A DNA stretch of 64,000 bases from a virus (Duplodnaviria; Caudoviricetes), in the IMG/VR virus record IMGVR_UViG_3300013426_000018, positions 64,001-128,000 of that record; one strand, given 5' to 3'. Position 1 is the first letter of the stretch. Each line of letters begins with the position of its first letter. The notes under the pieces are model-generated. The model was not told the origin of the DNA, did not search any database, and saw only the letters and a program-made list of their open reading frames with translations. Shown here piece by piece: positions 45,601-57,746 of this stretch. The translations under genes and the position numbers were made by a program.

Positions 45601-46189
45601 TTATTCTGCTTATAGAGATACTGATGCTGAGTATATTTTCTTTGTAACTAAAAACGGTCTAGCCAAAAAAACCTCTATCAAAGAATATACTTCTATTAAG
45701 AAGAAAAATGGCACAACCGCAATTAAACTCAAAGATGGCGATGAAATTGCAGCAGTTGCCCTTATTAAAAATGAATCAATTATTCTTACTACTTCTGGTG
45801 GTAATTGTATCCATTTCGATAGTAAAGAAATTGCAGCTTCGGGTAGAGTTACTCAAGGTATGAAAGCAGTGACTTTAAAAGATGATGAAGAAGTTACTGG
45901 AATGGCAATTGTTCGTGAACCCACTGATAATCTTGCTGTATTTATGCCTAATGGAGTGGCAAGGCAAATTCCTTTAAAGGATTTTCCTTTACAAAAGCGT
46001 GCGGGAAAGGGCATTAAAATTGGGGAAGTAGCTGATATGACTCTTGTCGCACCAAGTGATACTTTACTAGTCTCTGGGCAAAAGAAGAACATTTGTATTG
46101 CCGCAAGTGATATTCCTGTTTTAGGCCGATTGGCACAAGGTAATCAAATTATTAAAGGTGACAGAGTTATTTCTGTGAGTAAAATTTAA
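42608..46189 (+). CDS. gyrA: Type II topoisomerase A subunit with intein
   Basis: DGL...QRKIL, YHGD, SRY|TE, GPDFP, beta-pinwheel repeats. Confidence 0.92.
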   Translation: MEQKSYITEVDALDEAKECFLTYSAEVLTDRAIPAAEDGLLSSQRKILWTMSDFLGMDSKGKTKKCNALIGSTLATSYYHGDQACYGVLCKMSQKYLMRYPLIHGQGSLGTQEDNDLVASSRYCMTGDTLIPTSQGTIQLQDIIPNSNLSEEYDINLDVLGFDGQIHHASKLFNSGKWPVLKITLANGMFITVTENHPLMVLNDDLNLVWKLAGQLTTEDKVLLLVPDNSPVTGHHNDYLEAAMLGAMISEGYATTQNKIGINNKDLEMIEPVVEYVLRELPTCKASICENKKRGYYEFCFTDKYFYPQFIKEFEFEKSLTKHLPLQYFKGNPSYKATLLSYLFEGDGSVDSERGITYSSISETLIHQLQVSLLQDFGIVSNIVRAKKRNEIKLHINNVYAETFKNKINFVSERKQKTLNDLVIKINNQNTIANGNFCNIYKVTQYIRNHYKGKYFRSHGFSNKKSYKQAKDYISQQDYEKISNLIENYVEIKVASIEPQSNEEIVYSLKIDDESHAYIGNGFINHNTEAKPSIYTDLMMLDYKKKPVPTKETYNGEYMEPVVLPSLFPNAICNGRQAIGISMSHNSVPNNLRETCDAIIAYIKNPELTIDDIMQYMKGPDFPLGNVIINQKDIKQAYATGKSQTSLKVRGDYEIDGDKIIFTTIPYRTYRNKIKEQLEKNVDAFEKVLDDFNDESNIGNNRLVFFAKPGQTKILLNKLFTLTDLQTSISFNMNYIVNGTPKLCSIKDLIKAYVIHQNNVMINIAKTDLSKAETRKHTLEGLLIAIKDIDTAIQLIKNSLDKNEACKKLMEHFNITEAQASAILDMKLAKLTKLDKDDLLKELEELRQAILKYQKVIDDQSYRDSQLIEKVTWLRDKYGDDRRTKIMQIEDTPKEEKEIANVEPEKCVVISTVSGNIKRIPTTSFKTQKRNGKGVKTQDDITDTIIKTNTIDSLLIFSNKGNVYRLLVNDIPEGTNASKGQPITSLIEMLPGEKPTIIYSAYRDTDAEYIFFVTKNGLAKKTSIKEYTSIKKKNGTTAIKLKDGDEIAAVALIKNESIILTTSGGNCIHFDSKEIAASGRVTQGMKAVTLKDDEEVTGMAIVREPTDNLAVFMPNGVARQIPLKDFPLQKRAGKGIKIGEVADMTLVAPSDTLLVSGQKKNICIAASDIPVLGRLAQGNQIIKGDRVISVSKI
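42977..44188 (+). mobile_element. Intein with LAGLIDADG endonuclease (404 aa)
   Basis: Starts CMTGDT, TENHP, LGAMISEG and LSYLFEGDG, ends INHN before Thr; inserted right after the catalytic Tyr. Confidence 0.92.
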
Positions 46190-46221
46190 GGGGCTGAAAT
46201 GCCCCTTAAAAGGAGTTATAT

Positions 46222-48189
46222 ATGGTAAAAAATATTGACCTTTTAATTAAACAAAATGAAATCCGTAAAAGAATTGATATTTTAAAAAGATATTGTAAGC
46301 TTTATGAAGAAGGTAGGCCAGCAATTTCTGATAGTGCTTACGATAGACTTTATTTTGAGCTTAAACAAATTGAAGAAGACACTGGAATTATTTATCCTGA
46401 TTCCCCTACACAGTCTATCTCTTATGATATTGTAAATAGCTTAACTAAAGTCGAACATAATCATCCTATGCTCTCTCTTGATAAGACAAAAGATTTTGAA
46501 GAAGTAAAGAAATATTTTGGAGATTTTGTGGTTGTTGCCATGTGCAAAATGGATGGTCTTACTTGCTCTCTTACATATCAAGATGGAGAATTGATTCGTG
46601 CCGAAACTCGCGGCGATAGCAAAGTGGGAGAAGATATTACTCATAACGCACGAGTGATTCCTTCTATTCCCAAAAAGGTTCCTATTAAAGGGGAGCTTAT
46701 TGTAGATGGAGAGATAATTTCTACAAAAGAAAATTTTAAGAGATTTGAGGACACTTATAAAAATCCTCGCAACTTTGCTTCTGGAAGTATTCGTCTTTTA
46801 AATTCTAATGAGTGTGCTAATAGAGGTTTAACTTTCGTAGCTTGGGATGAAATTACTGCAAGATATGATGATAACCATGAATATTATTTCCATGAGAAAC
46901 TAGATCATCTTTCTTCTCTTGGATTCACAGTAGTTCCTAATTATGTGCGGCCAGACGTAAATGAAGATGTCATTGAACTTTTAAAGAAAAACGCAGAAGA
47001 ACTAAGTTATCCTATTGATGGCCTTGTTTTTAAATTTGATGATGTTGGATACGGCAACTCTTTGGGGGCAACAAGTCACCATTTGAATTCTGCTTATGCA
47101 TTTAAGTTTTACGATGAAGCTCTTCCTACGACACTACGAGATATTGAGTGGAGCCTGGGGAGGACTGGTCGGATTACCCCCATTGCCATTTTTGAGGATA
47201 TAGATTTTTCTGATTCTGTTGTTAATAGAGCGAGTCTTCATAATCTCAGTATTATCGAAAATCTTTTTGGTCCAGAAGGCCCACATAAAGGGCAAACTAT
47301 TTATATTTCAAAACGAAACATGATTATTCCAACAGTTGAAGAAGTCGATGAAGCTCCAGAAGAAGCAGAAAGATTAGAGATTCCTACTATTTGCCCTTGT
47401 TGTGGTAAGCCAGTAGTAAAGAAAACTGATTATGAATCTACTTTCTTAATGTGTAACAACCCTGATTGTCAAGGACAAGTTATTAATAAAATTGAACATT
47501 TTGCAAGTAAAAAAGGACTTGATATAAAGGGACTTTCTAAAGCAACTCTTGAGAAGCTAATTGATTGGGGCTGGGTAAATAATTGCGGTGACTTGTTTAC
47601 TTTACAAGGCCACAGAGATGAATGGACTAAGAAAAGCGGTTTTGGAGCTGCCTCGGTTGATAAAGTATTAAATGCAATTAATATTGGTGCAACTTGTGGA
47701 TTAGATAAATTTATTTGTGCTCTTGGAATTCCATTAATTGGATCAACTGCTTCTAAAGCATTGGCAAAAGAATTTCGCACTTGGAATAATTTTATTAATG
47801 CAGTTGAGAATAAATATAAATTTTATCAAATTAATGGATTTGGTAGAGAAATGTCTAACGCTATTAACACATTTGATTTTACTGAAGCAAAGTATATTGC
47901 TCATAATTTTATGACTTTTGGAGATGAAGAAGCGGTAGCGACCTCCACAAATAGTAATATCACAGGTAAGACTTTTGTTATTACGGGTAAGCTTCAAACT
48001 ATGAATAGAGATGCTTTAAAAGAAAAAATTGAAAAATTGGGTGGAAAAGTCACTAGTTCTGTTACCTCTAAAACAGATTATCTCATTAACAATGATAAAG
48101 AATCTACTAGTAGTAAAAATTTGAATGCCCAAAAGTTGGGTGTACCAATTCTGTCAGAAAAAGAATTTTTAAAATTTTTTGAGATTTAA
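46222..48189 (+). CDS. ligA: NAD-dependent DNA ligase
   Basis: HPMLSL, KMDG, TRGD, NPRN, IDGLV, zinc finger, BRCT. Confidence 0.95.
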   Translation: MVKNIDLLIKQNEIRKRIDILKRYCKLYEEGRPAISDSAYDRLYFELKQIEEDTGIIYPDSPTQSISYDIVNSLTKVEHNHPMLSLDKTKDFEEVKKYFGDFVVVAMCKMDGLTCSLTYQDGELIRAETRGDSKVGEDITHNARVIPSIPKKVPIKGELIVDGEIISTKENFKRFEDTYKNPRNFASGSIRLLNSNECANRGLTFVAWDEITARYDDNHEYYFHEKLDHLSSLGFTVVPNYVRPDVNEDVIELLKKNAEELSYPIDGLVFKFDDVGYGNSLGATSHHLNSAYAFKFYDEALPTTLRDIEWSLGRTGRITPIAIFEDIDFSDSVVNRASLHNLSIIENLFGPEGPHKGQTIYISKRNMIIPTVEEVDEAPEEAERLEIPTICPCCGKPVVKKTDYESTFLMCNNPDCQGQVINKIEHFASKKGLDIKGLSKATLEKLIDWGWVNNCGDLFTLQGHRDEWTKKSGFGAASVDKVLNAINIGATCGLDKFICALGIPLIGSTASKALAKEFRTWNNFINAVENKYKFYQINGFGREMSNAINTFDFTEAKYIAHNFMTFGDEEAVATSTNSNITGKTFVITGKLQTMNRDALKEKIEKLGGKVTSSVTSKTDYLINNDKESTSSKNLNAQKLGVPILSEKEFLKFFEI

Positions 48190-48529
48190 AAAAATTTTTG
48201 GTATAATAAGTATGTAATCAATGAGAAGGAAAAATTTCAAATGAAGAAAAAAGAAATTAAAAACTTAGCACAAAAAATTGCTAAGTATGAAAGAATTATT
48301 CAAACAAGCGATGACAAGAAAGCTATTGCTCAAGCCGAAGAAGAAATTATGAAAGTATCAAGCAGCGTACATAGTCTGGAAGATATGATGGCTATTGACG
48401 AGTTAGTTCTTGAATTACTTAATGAAGAAAATTCTTGAAAATGAGAAATTTTTTTGGTATAATCTTAGTGTAATTAATAAGAGATTACAAATTAAAAATT
48501 ATTTATGATTAAAAGGAGAAAAAATTATT

Positions 48530-48796
48530 ATGGCTATTTCTGTTAAGACTATTAATGTTCTGAATTTTCTAAAGGCTCACACTGGTGAGAATCTGACTGC
48601 GTAGGATGTTGCTGATGCTCTGAACATCGATGTGAAGGTTGTTAATGGTACTTTCACTTCCGGCATTCAGAAGAAGGGCTATGGCAAGCGTATTGAAGCC
48701 GAGGTTGAGCTGGATGATGGAACTCACCGTAAGGTGAAGTTTTTGACTCTGAGTCCCGAGGGCATTGCCTTTGACCCCACTGTGGATGCTGAGTAA
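48530..48796 (+). CDS. Small winged-helix DNA-binding protein (1 TAG)
   Basis: LTA(Q)DVADALNIDVKVVNG; strong RBS. Confidence 0.6.
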
Positions 48797-48865
48797 TTTA
48801 TATAGATAATTTATAAGGTAGAGAGAGTTAATTCTCTCTACCTTATTTTAATAATAGGAGGAATC

Positions 48866-49849
48866 ATGATTACATATATTCTTTTATCTTTGCCTATTAT
48901 TATTTTAATTGTTCTTACTTTTATTTAGTCAAAAGCAATAGTTAAATATAAAAAAATGGCTTCTGAAGAAGAACGAGAAATTCATCAACGTATTCAAGAA
49001 TAGTATAAAGATGAAATTGAATCTTACTAGTAGAGAATTAAAAATTTAAAAATCCAATAGAAGCAAGAAGTTGATTCATTAGATAATATTAATTAGCATA
49101 TAGAAGAATCAAGGGCAACCGCAAATCGAAATGCTGAACAATATTACAATTAGTGTCTAGCTACAGTAGAAGAATAGATTAAATTAAAGCATGAGCAATT
49201 ACTTCAAAATTATCAGAAAGTAAAAGAAATTCTTGATAAAGAATATGAGTAGAATAAAGTTCTAAAACAACAAGAATTAGAATAGTTTGTTCAGCAGTGT
49301 GATAATCAAATAAATATCGCTCAAGCTTCATTAGATGAAGTCCAAAAAAAAGTAGACAGTACTACTGAAGTCGCTAGAAGGGCAGAAGCTGAATAGAATC
49401 AAAAAGATTTTTATCGGATTCAATTAAGTGCGGAAGATATTGAAGAAATTCAAAAAATTCGTTCTATTGAACCTTTTTTGCGTAATAAAGAGCCTTTAAA
49501 TAAAATAATTTGGAAATATTATTATGAGAAGCCTGTTAATGAAATGATTGGCCGAGTTATTGGTCCAGGCATTCGTATTGGAATATATAAAATTACAAAT
49601 ATAGAAAATGGTAAATGCTATATAGGGCAAAGTACAAATCTATCAGACAGATGGAAGCAACATGTAAAAAAAGGCATCGGGGCAGATGGTTTAACAAGAA
49701 ACAAGCTCTATCCAGCTATGCTAGCTATTGGCCCTGAAAATTTTACATTTGAAATTATCGAAGAATGTAAAAAAGAACAACTAGACGAACGAGAAGACTA
49801 TTATCAACAATTTTTTCATGCCATTGATTATGGCTATAGTATAAAGTAA
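48866..49849 (+). CDS. Membrane-anchored coiled-coil protein with C-terminal GIY-YIG domain (TAG-rich)
   Basis: N-terminal hydrophobic helix, long E/Q/K coil, GIYKITN...YIGQS in the same frame. Confidence 0.7.
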
Positions 49850-49860
49850 AGGATGTTTAT

Positions 49861-50139
49861 ATGATTCAACAAATTATTGGGAAGCGCAGTAGCGGCAAAA
49901 CCTCTTAGCTTATGCTTTTGGCTAAAGAAAAGAATGCCAATTATGCTTGTATGAATCCTTATGCTATGAGAGAAAAAGCATTAGCATATGGTCTTACTGG
50001 AATTAATTTTATTAGTTTTAGTGATTTATTTACAGGTAACTATATAGATTAGCCAGTAGTAATTGATGAACTTGAGATGTTCGTTAAACGTTATACTGAT
50101 TGTAATTTAATTGGTTATACTCTGACCGAAGGGAATTAA
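49861..50139 (+). CDS. Small P-loop protein (code 15)
   Basis: GKRSSGKT and VVIDE. Confidence 0.5.
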
Positions 50140-50987
50140 ATGAGGACTGAAGCTGATTATTATTTATATGAAAATATTGATAAGATAGAAGAAAGCGGAT
50201 ATGTTGATGTTAATCCCCGTCCTAGATATGCAGATGGGACTCCTGCATATACCAAATCTATAAATCATCAGTATCGCACTTATGATTTATCTACTGGAGA
50301 TTTTCCAATTTCTACTTTGCGACCAATAGCATGGAAAACTGCAATTAAGGAAATTCTTTGGATTTATCAAGATGCTAGCAATAGTTTAGATTTGCTTCAT
50401 AATAAATATGGCGTTTACTATTGGGATGAATGGCCTAGTAAAGATGCGCCTGGAACTATTGGAGCCCGCTATGGCGAAGTTGTGCGACGGTATAATTTAA
50501 TGGGCAATTTACTTCAAGACATTAAAAAAGATCCCTATGGACGTCGGCACATTATAGATCTTTGGCAATACAAAGAATTAAATGAAACAGATGGTCTTTA
50601 TCCTTGTGCTTTTCTCACTGATTGGAATGTGCGAGGTGAGTACCTTGATATGCTTCTTTTTCAGCGTAGTGGAGATATGTTAATGGCTTCTGGAGCCGGA
50701 GGAGTTAATGAAGTTCAATATGCGGCTTTGTTAATGATGGTGGCTCGTCATTGTGGTTATAAACCTGGTAAATTTACTCATATTATTTGTAATGAATAGA
50801 TTTACGACAAACATTGGGAAGCAGCTCATGAACTTCAAAGGCGTTTTGAAGAAGCTGTGCCTAATAAAGGTTCTGTGCATTTGATTCTTAATCCAAAGAA
50901 AACTAATTTTTATGATTTTACAATTGATGATTTTGCTATTGAAAATTATAATCCTGTTAAGCCACAATTAAACTTGGAGATTGCTAT

Positions 50988-50991
<4 letters not shown>
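50140..50991 (+). CDS. thyA: Thymidylate synthase (1 TAG)
   Basis: LYPCAF, QRSGD, N..QY, NE(Q)IYDKH. Confidence 0.92.
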
Positions 50992-51467
<476 letters not shown>

Positions 51468-51530
51468 TTTTATAAAAATTTTATGGTATAATATTTATAT
51501 AAAGTAAGAAAGTGAGAAATAGTAAATAAA

Positions 51531-51896
51531 ATGAGAATGACTAAAAAGCAAGAATTTATCAATTTTGTTAGTTCTCTTATGGAAAAATGCCCAAATGAAA
51601 AAATGAACGAAGATGCTTCTCTTTATTGGGAAGGGTTTTGTAGTTCTAAAGATTCTAGCGATAAGCCTTTGCTAAGTGATAATGGAAAAATCATTCTTGA
51701 ATTTCTTCAGAATCAAACCGAAAAAAGGACTTGGACTAGTAAGGCTCTTGGTGAAGGAATTGGTATTTCTTCTCGTTCAGTTTCGGGTTCTATGCGGAAA
51801 CTTGTTGACGCAGGTTTTGTTGAGAAATGTGGGGCTGACCCTATTGCTTATGTAATTACGGATGAAGGAATTAATTTTAATTTAGAAACAATTTAA
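51531..51896 (+). CDS. Winged-helix DNA-binding protein
   Basis: TSKALGEGIGISSRSVSGSMRKLVDAGFVEK. Confidence 0.65.
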   Translation: MRMTKKQEFINFVSSLMEKCPNEKMNEDASLYWEGFCSSKDSSDKPLLSDNGKIILEFLQNQTEKRTWTSKALGEGIGISSRSVSGSMRKLVDAGFVEKCGADPIAYVITDEGINFNLETI

Positions 51897-51959
51897 AGAT
51901 TTTGGACAAAATTAGACATTTTCATCAAATGAAAGTTAATAAACATTGAGGTGATAAAA

Positions 51960-52841
51960 GTGTCTTGTGGTATTTATAAATTTGAAAATTTAATTAATCA
52001 TAAAATATATATAGGTTAGTCTGTTGAATTGGAAGAGCAGTATTATAGACATAGATACCATTATGAAAAGAAAGATATTGATAAACGTCTTTATCAAGCT
52101 TTTTGGAAATATGGGTGGGATAAATTTTCTTATGAAATAATTGAATATTGTTCTCCTGAAGAATTGGATGAAAAAGAAATTTATTACATTTAGCTCTATG
52201 ACAGTTATAATAATGGATATAATGCTACTAAGGGAGGTAAAGGCGGGGCTAATCACCCGTCTAAATCCGTACAGTAGTTTGATTTAGATGGAAACTTTAT
52301 AAAAGAATTCTCATCAATGTCCTTAGCTGCGGAAGAAGTTGGAATTAGTCCTAATATTTTAACAAAGTGTTGCCAAGGAAAAACAGACCATTGTGGATTA
52401 TATCAATGGAAATATAGCAATGATGATAGTCGTATCATAAAGTAGCTTTCTAATAAAGAAGTTTCTTTATATGAAAGAAAAATTCTATAGTATGATTTAA
52501 AAAAGAATTTATTAAATACTTATAATTCAATGGATGAAGCGGCTGAATAGACAAATGTTGCGAAATCCAGTATATGTAATGTTTGCAAAGGAAGAAAAAA
52601 TACTGCTGGGGGATATGTGTGGCGTTATTTTGATGACCCACTAACTGAGTAGGACCGTGTTAAAACAAAAGAAAAAAAGGTTTTACAATTTGACAAATTA
52701 GGGAACCTGATACAAGAGTTTCCTAGCTTATCTAATGCTTCAAAAGAAACTGGAGTATGCCTAGCTGCAATAGGACTTAATTGTCAGCAAAAAAGAAAAT
52801 CAGCTGGTGGATATGTATGGAAATATAGAGATAATATTTAA
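51960..52841 (+). mobile_element. Free-standing GIY-YIG endonuclease with NUMOD1 repeats (code 15)
   Basis: GIYKFENLINHKIYIG(Q)S, GYNATKGG, repeated .QFD..G..I..F.S units. Confidence 0.8.
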
Positions 52842-52867
52842 TATAATAACAAGGAGATAATTTTAAT

Positions 52868-53824
52868 ATGCAACGTATGAAGAACTCTATAGAGTTATTT
52901 GGAAGAATTTATGAACATGATTTAAAGAAGGCTGTTACGGGTCTGAATTCTAAGAATCCAGGCACTGAATATATTACAGGCACAGTTAGTATCGCAACTG
53001 ATGACGATTGTTTTAATGTAGTTCCTGTTCATTACACTTTTGTGACAGCGGCAACTAAAAGTGGTAAGCCTAATCCTACTTTTGCTGTCCTATCCAATAT
53101 CATTGATGGTGTTTATGGCACTGTAATGAAGACTAGTAAGGATGATGCGGCATTTGCTCGTATTGATACCCAAATTGGTCTGAATGAATTTTATACTGAT
53201 CGTTCTGGCGAAACTACTCTAGTAAGTGCCAAGCGAGCTGAAGGCGGTTTTATTCATATCCAGGGGAAGAATGAAGAGCCTCCTAAGATTACTAATAAAT
53301 TCACTTGCGACATGCTTATTACTAACGTGCGTCATATTGATGCAGATGAAGAGAGAGGTCTTCCTGAAAAGGCTATCGTTAAGGGGGCTATTTTTAATGA
53401 TTATAACAAGACTTTAATGCCTGTTGAATTTACTGCAGCTCACCCCGATGCTATTGGTTATTTTGAAGGCCTTGATGCTACTGGTAAAAATCCTACTTTC
53501 ACTCAAGTTTGGGGTAAGATTATTAATGAGACCATTGTCCGTACTATTACTGAAGAGAGTGCTTTTGGTGAAGCTTCCGTTCGTGAAATTAAGAGTAACC
53601 GCAGAGATTGGGTGTTGACTGGTGCTAAGCCTGAGCCTTATGATTTTAATACTGAAGGAACTCTTACTACAGAGGAAGTTAATGAAGCTATTAAGACTCG
53701 TGAGATCTATCTTGCAACTCTAAAGAGTCGTAGTGATGAATATAAGGCTTCTCGTGCGGCAGCTACTACATCCAAGCCTACTACCAAGACAACCACTGTG
53801 GCTCCTGGGGATTTTGATTTTTAA
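52868..53824 (+). CDS. Putative single-stranded DNA-binding protein
   Basis: OB-like start (IELFGRIYE), flexible tail ending DFDF, next to recombination ATPase. Confidence 0.5.
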   Translation: MQRMKNSIELFGRIYEHDLKKAVTGLNSKNPGTEYITGTVSIATDDDCFNVVPVHYTFVTAATKSGKPNPTFAVLSNIIDGVYGTVMKTSKDDAAFARIDTQIGLNEFYTDRSGETTLVSAKRAEGGFIHIQGKNEEPPKITNKFTCDMLITNVRHIDADEERGLPEKAIVKGAIFNDYNKTLMPVEFTAAHPDAIGYFEGLDATGKNPTFTQVWGKIINETIVRTITEESAFGEASVREIKSNRRDWVLTGAKPEPYDFNTEGTLTTEEVNEAIKTREIYLATLKSRSDEYKASRAAATTSKPTTKTTTVAPGDFDF

Positions 53825-53879
53825 GAAAATTTAATTTTAATATAATATGATTTAATTTAATAAGGAGAAAAAGATTTAT

Positions 53880-56800
53880 ATGGCATTTGATTTATTAAAT
53901 ATTTAGCCCAATGTTGTTTCACGAGATCTCTCCGGATATATTACACTTTTATATGGCCCTCCTAAAATTGGTAAAACTACTTTTGGTAGTAAGATGCCTA
54001 AACCTCTTCTTTTGGCTGCAGAACGTGGATATTCGGCTATACCTGGTATTATGGCTGTTGACGTAACTTCTTGGGGTGAATAATATTGCCCTCTTTTTTG
54101 GAAACAAAAAAGTAATAAATAGAGTAAAAAACTGGAACCCTGAGATGGGAATCAGAGCGGAAGTCTTGATTTAAAAGTCAAGACACGCACAACGCATAGA
54201 ATAAATAAACTTTAAAAGTATTAGGAGGTTCAGTAAGATGCCTAAACTAAATTATCAAATGAAGAATTAAATAATATTTTAATAGATTATAATAATGGAA
54301 TGTCTATGAGCGGTATTACTAAGAAATATCATCATGATAAAAATACTTTAAAAAAATATTTTATAGAACACAATATAAATATACATATTCGTAATAAATC
54401 TGAATCATTATCTTGTTCTCAAGAAAAGAAGAAATCTGATCTATTAAAGCGGTCTTATATGGTTAATGATAATTATTTTTCTTCTCAAAATAATAAAATG
54501 GCTTATTTTTTAGGATTTATAATGGCAGATGGAAATGTCGCCAAAAATAGTAATAGAATACAAATTTGTTTAGCTGAAAAAGATTCTGAATTTTTAGAGC
54601 TATTTTATAAAGAAATTGGCGGCACCCCTGTTGCTCATTATTTTGCTAGAAAAGGTACTCAACCAATTTGTCGATGGGAATGCCTTAGCAGTAAAATTAA
54701 AAAAGATTTAAGTATTTATGGAATAATTCCTCATAAAACGGGATTTGCTAAAATTCCTAATACACTAAAAAAAGAATTTTATTCAGATTTTATACGAGGT
54801 TATTTTGATGGGGACGGTAGTATTTGGATTGAGGAAAATGGCGCCGCAGGTTTTGGTATCACAAGTCATAATCCAGAAATATTACAACAAATTATTGATT
54901 ATTTTGAAGAAAGAGATATTCCACCTGTTAAAATTAATATAGATAATAGAAGTAATATAAATTATAGTTTTAAATATAGAAAACAAGCTATTAAAAAGAT
55001 TTATAAAATTTTATATTATGATAAAGAAATTTTTTATTTAAAACGAAAATTTGATAAATTTAATGAAATCCTTTTAAAGAAATAAAATTCCACGAGACTC
55101 TACACCTAAAAAAATGGTGAAAAGATATGCTGAACTTATACAAAAAAGAAGTATAAGAAATAAGGATAAAAAGCCTTATGATAACACATTGGATATGAAG
55201 CAAATTATGCGTGAACTTAAAAAACCAGAAGTAAAAGAAATGTATAAAAGTATTATTATTGATACAGCAGATATACTTAGTGATTACTGTCAGAAATATA
55301 TCTGTAATCAATTAGGTATTGAAAATATTGGAGACGGTGGCTGGACCATCAATGGCTGGGCAAAATATAAGAAAGAATTTGAAGATGTTTTTCGCACTCT
55401 TTCTCAGCTTGGGTAAATAAAATATAGAGGAGATTAGAAATGGACTTATTTCAGTTAGAAAGAATTACTTCTAATCGTATCAATTGGAAACCAGGACAAA
55501 AAGAAAAAATAGTAAAGCTTTATTCACAAGGAACTTCAATTAATCAATTAGGAAAAATGTTTAATGGATTACATTATAATACAATTAAAAAAATTTTAAT
55601 AGAATATAATATACCATTAAGAACTCGAGTGCAAAGTCATTATACAGACCATAGAAAAGAAGACATATTTAAAAAAATAAACAGCGAAGAAAAAGCTTAT
55701 TGGTTAGGATTTTTAGCTGCTGATGGCTGTGTAGCTGGTAATTATATTAAAATTGGACTACAGGAAAAAGATGTGACTCACTTAGAAAAATTCAAACATT
55801 TTCTTCAAGCTGATTCTATTAAAATTTTAACTTTTACTAAACAAAATAAATATGAAATAGGAACTTATTGTTCTTTTTCTATTGGTTGCAAAGAAATGGC
55901 AAATGATTTAAAGGCTTTAGGTGTAGTAGAAAATAAATCATTAATTTTAAAGCCTCCTATCGGTTTAATCCCAGAAAAATTTTATTTAGATTGGATTAGG
56001 GGTTATTTTGATGGAGATGGAGGTCTTTCATATTCTGAAAAAGATAATCGATGGCAAAGTTATGCTAACTCTACCAAAGAAGTCTTGGAATGGATTGTTC
56101 AAATGCTAGAATTGAATACTAAGCCTTTTAATCAACAACATTATGGAAAAAAAGATAATGTTTGGAGAATTCATTTTAATGGAAGAATTAATGTTTATAA
56201 AGCTTGGAATAAAATGTACCATAATGATACTGCTACTATTTTTTTAGATCGTAAACATGATAAATACTTACAGCTTTGCTCAAGCTTTAAATAAAATGCG
56301 GTTAACTACTAGATGGTAGGTGTGACTTTAAGTTGCTAACGATGAAAATCTCTTAGAAGAGAAAACATCGTGCCAAGTCTGTTTTGTGAAAGACAGAAAG
56401 GTGTAACGACTAGAATATACGGTCTTTATAAAAATAAAGATTATGAAATTCGTAATTTATAAGCGAAATTCTTATAGATGAAATGCCGCACCCTTTATAA
56501 TAAAATATAAAGGTGAAGAGATAGTCTAAACTATATAGTGATATATAGAATAATTGATGCTATTGTATTTATCAGCCATGATAAGGAAAAAACTATTAAG
56601 CCTCAGAACGGTGCTGAATATCAGCAGATTGGTTCTTCAATGCAATCTTCAGCTCTTGCTATTCTTGAAAATATGAGCGATATTATTGCTTATGCCCACA
56701 CTAAAGTTGATTCCGATGGCAACTCTGATAGAGTTTTAACTCTTCGTTCTCTTGATAATAGTGTACGTTGTGGGGGCCGTTTTAAATATATTAAGCCGGA

Positions 56801-57125
56801 AATTCCTTTTAGTTATGAAGCTCTTACTCAGGCTTTAAATGATGCTATTGACAAGGAAGCCGCCGAAACTAATAATAAATTTGTTACCGATGAACGTATT
56901 GAAACTGCCACCCTTAAAACTTATGACTTTGATGCTCTTGCCGCAGAGTTCCAGGAGTTAGTTGGAAAGATTATGACTAAGAATCAGTCTAACGCTCCTA
57001 AGATTAGTGCTATTGTAAGTAAATATCTTGGTAAGGGTAAGAAAGTTTCTGATGCTACTCCCGAGCAAGCAGAATTTATTTATCTTATCAATACTGAGCT
57101 TAAAGAAGATCTTTTAGATAAGTAA
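53880..57125 (+). CDS. AAA_24/Sak4-like ATPase; exons 53880-54077, 55192-55414, 56557-57125
   Basis: YGPPKIGKTT, IIIDTAD; splicing restores SWG|DMKQ and LG-Y-AIVFISH. Confidence 0.8.
54078..55191 (+). mobile_element. Group I intron with LAGLIDADG ORF (54300-55085)
   Basis: U/G boundaries restore frame; LGFIMADG and IRGYFDGDG. Confidence 0.85.
55415..56556 (+). mobile_element. Group I intron with LAGLIDADG ORF (55440-56294)
   Basis: U/G boundaries; LGFLAADG, IRGYFDGDG; GACTA/TAGTC P7. Confidence 0.85.
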
Positions 57126-57221
57126 GATATACAACCCCAAGATGAAATATTCTTGGGGTTGATTTTTTTAAAATTTTATGGTATAATATAAAAAAGAATA
57201 CTTTTAAGAAAGGAGCTTAAT

Positions 57222-57746
57222 GTGGCACATTATGTAATTTGCCCAATATGTAATAAAAGATTTGATCGTGATAAAGTTGAATTTATTAAAGAAGGTCGAA
57301 GATATTTACATGTTGAATGTGCTCAAACCGCAGAAGAACGATTAAGTAAAGAAGAAAGAGATAAGATTGCTCTTAATCAATATATAACGCAGCTTTTTGG
57401 TACTGAATATGTTAATCCAAAAGTTCAAGCACAGATTAAAGATTACGTTACAAATAAAGGATTCACTTATAATGGAATTTTAATGTCTTTAAAGTATTTC
57501 TATGAAATAAAGCATGGAGACATTGAAAAGGCTCATGGGCGAATCAGTATTGTTGAATATATTTATTAGGATGCTAAAAATTATTATTATGATATTTGGC
57601 AAGCTCAACAAGTAAATAAAGAAAAACAAATAGATTTATATATTCCCGCAAATAATGTAAAAGAGATAACAATTAAAGCTCCTGTTAAGAAGCCTTTTTT
57701 AAAAAGAATTTTTTCTTTTTTAGATGAAGAAAAGGAGGATAATTAA
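57222..57746 (+). CDS. Zinc-finger protein upstream of helicase (1 TAG)
   Basis: CPIC...HVEC; extends through TAG to TAA overlapping the helicase start. Confidence 0.6.

Noticed and set aside
4056-47997. Numerous minus-strand ORFs opposite well-supported genes (e.g. 5919, 16203, 41426, 47469)
   Set aside because: No RBS or motifs; typical antisense shadows
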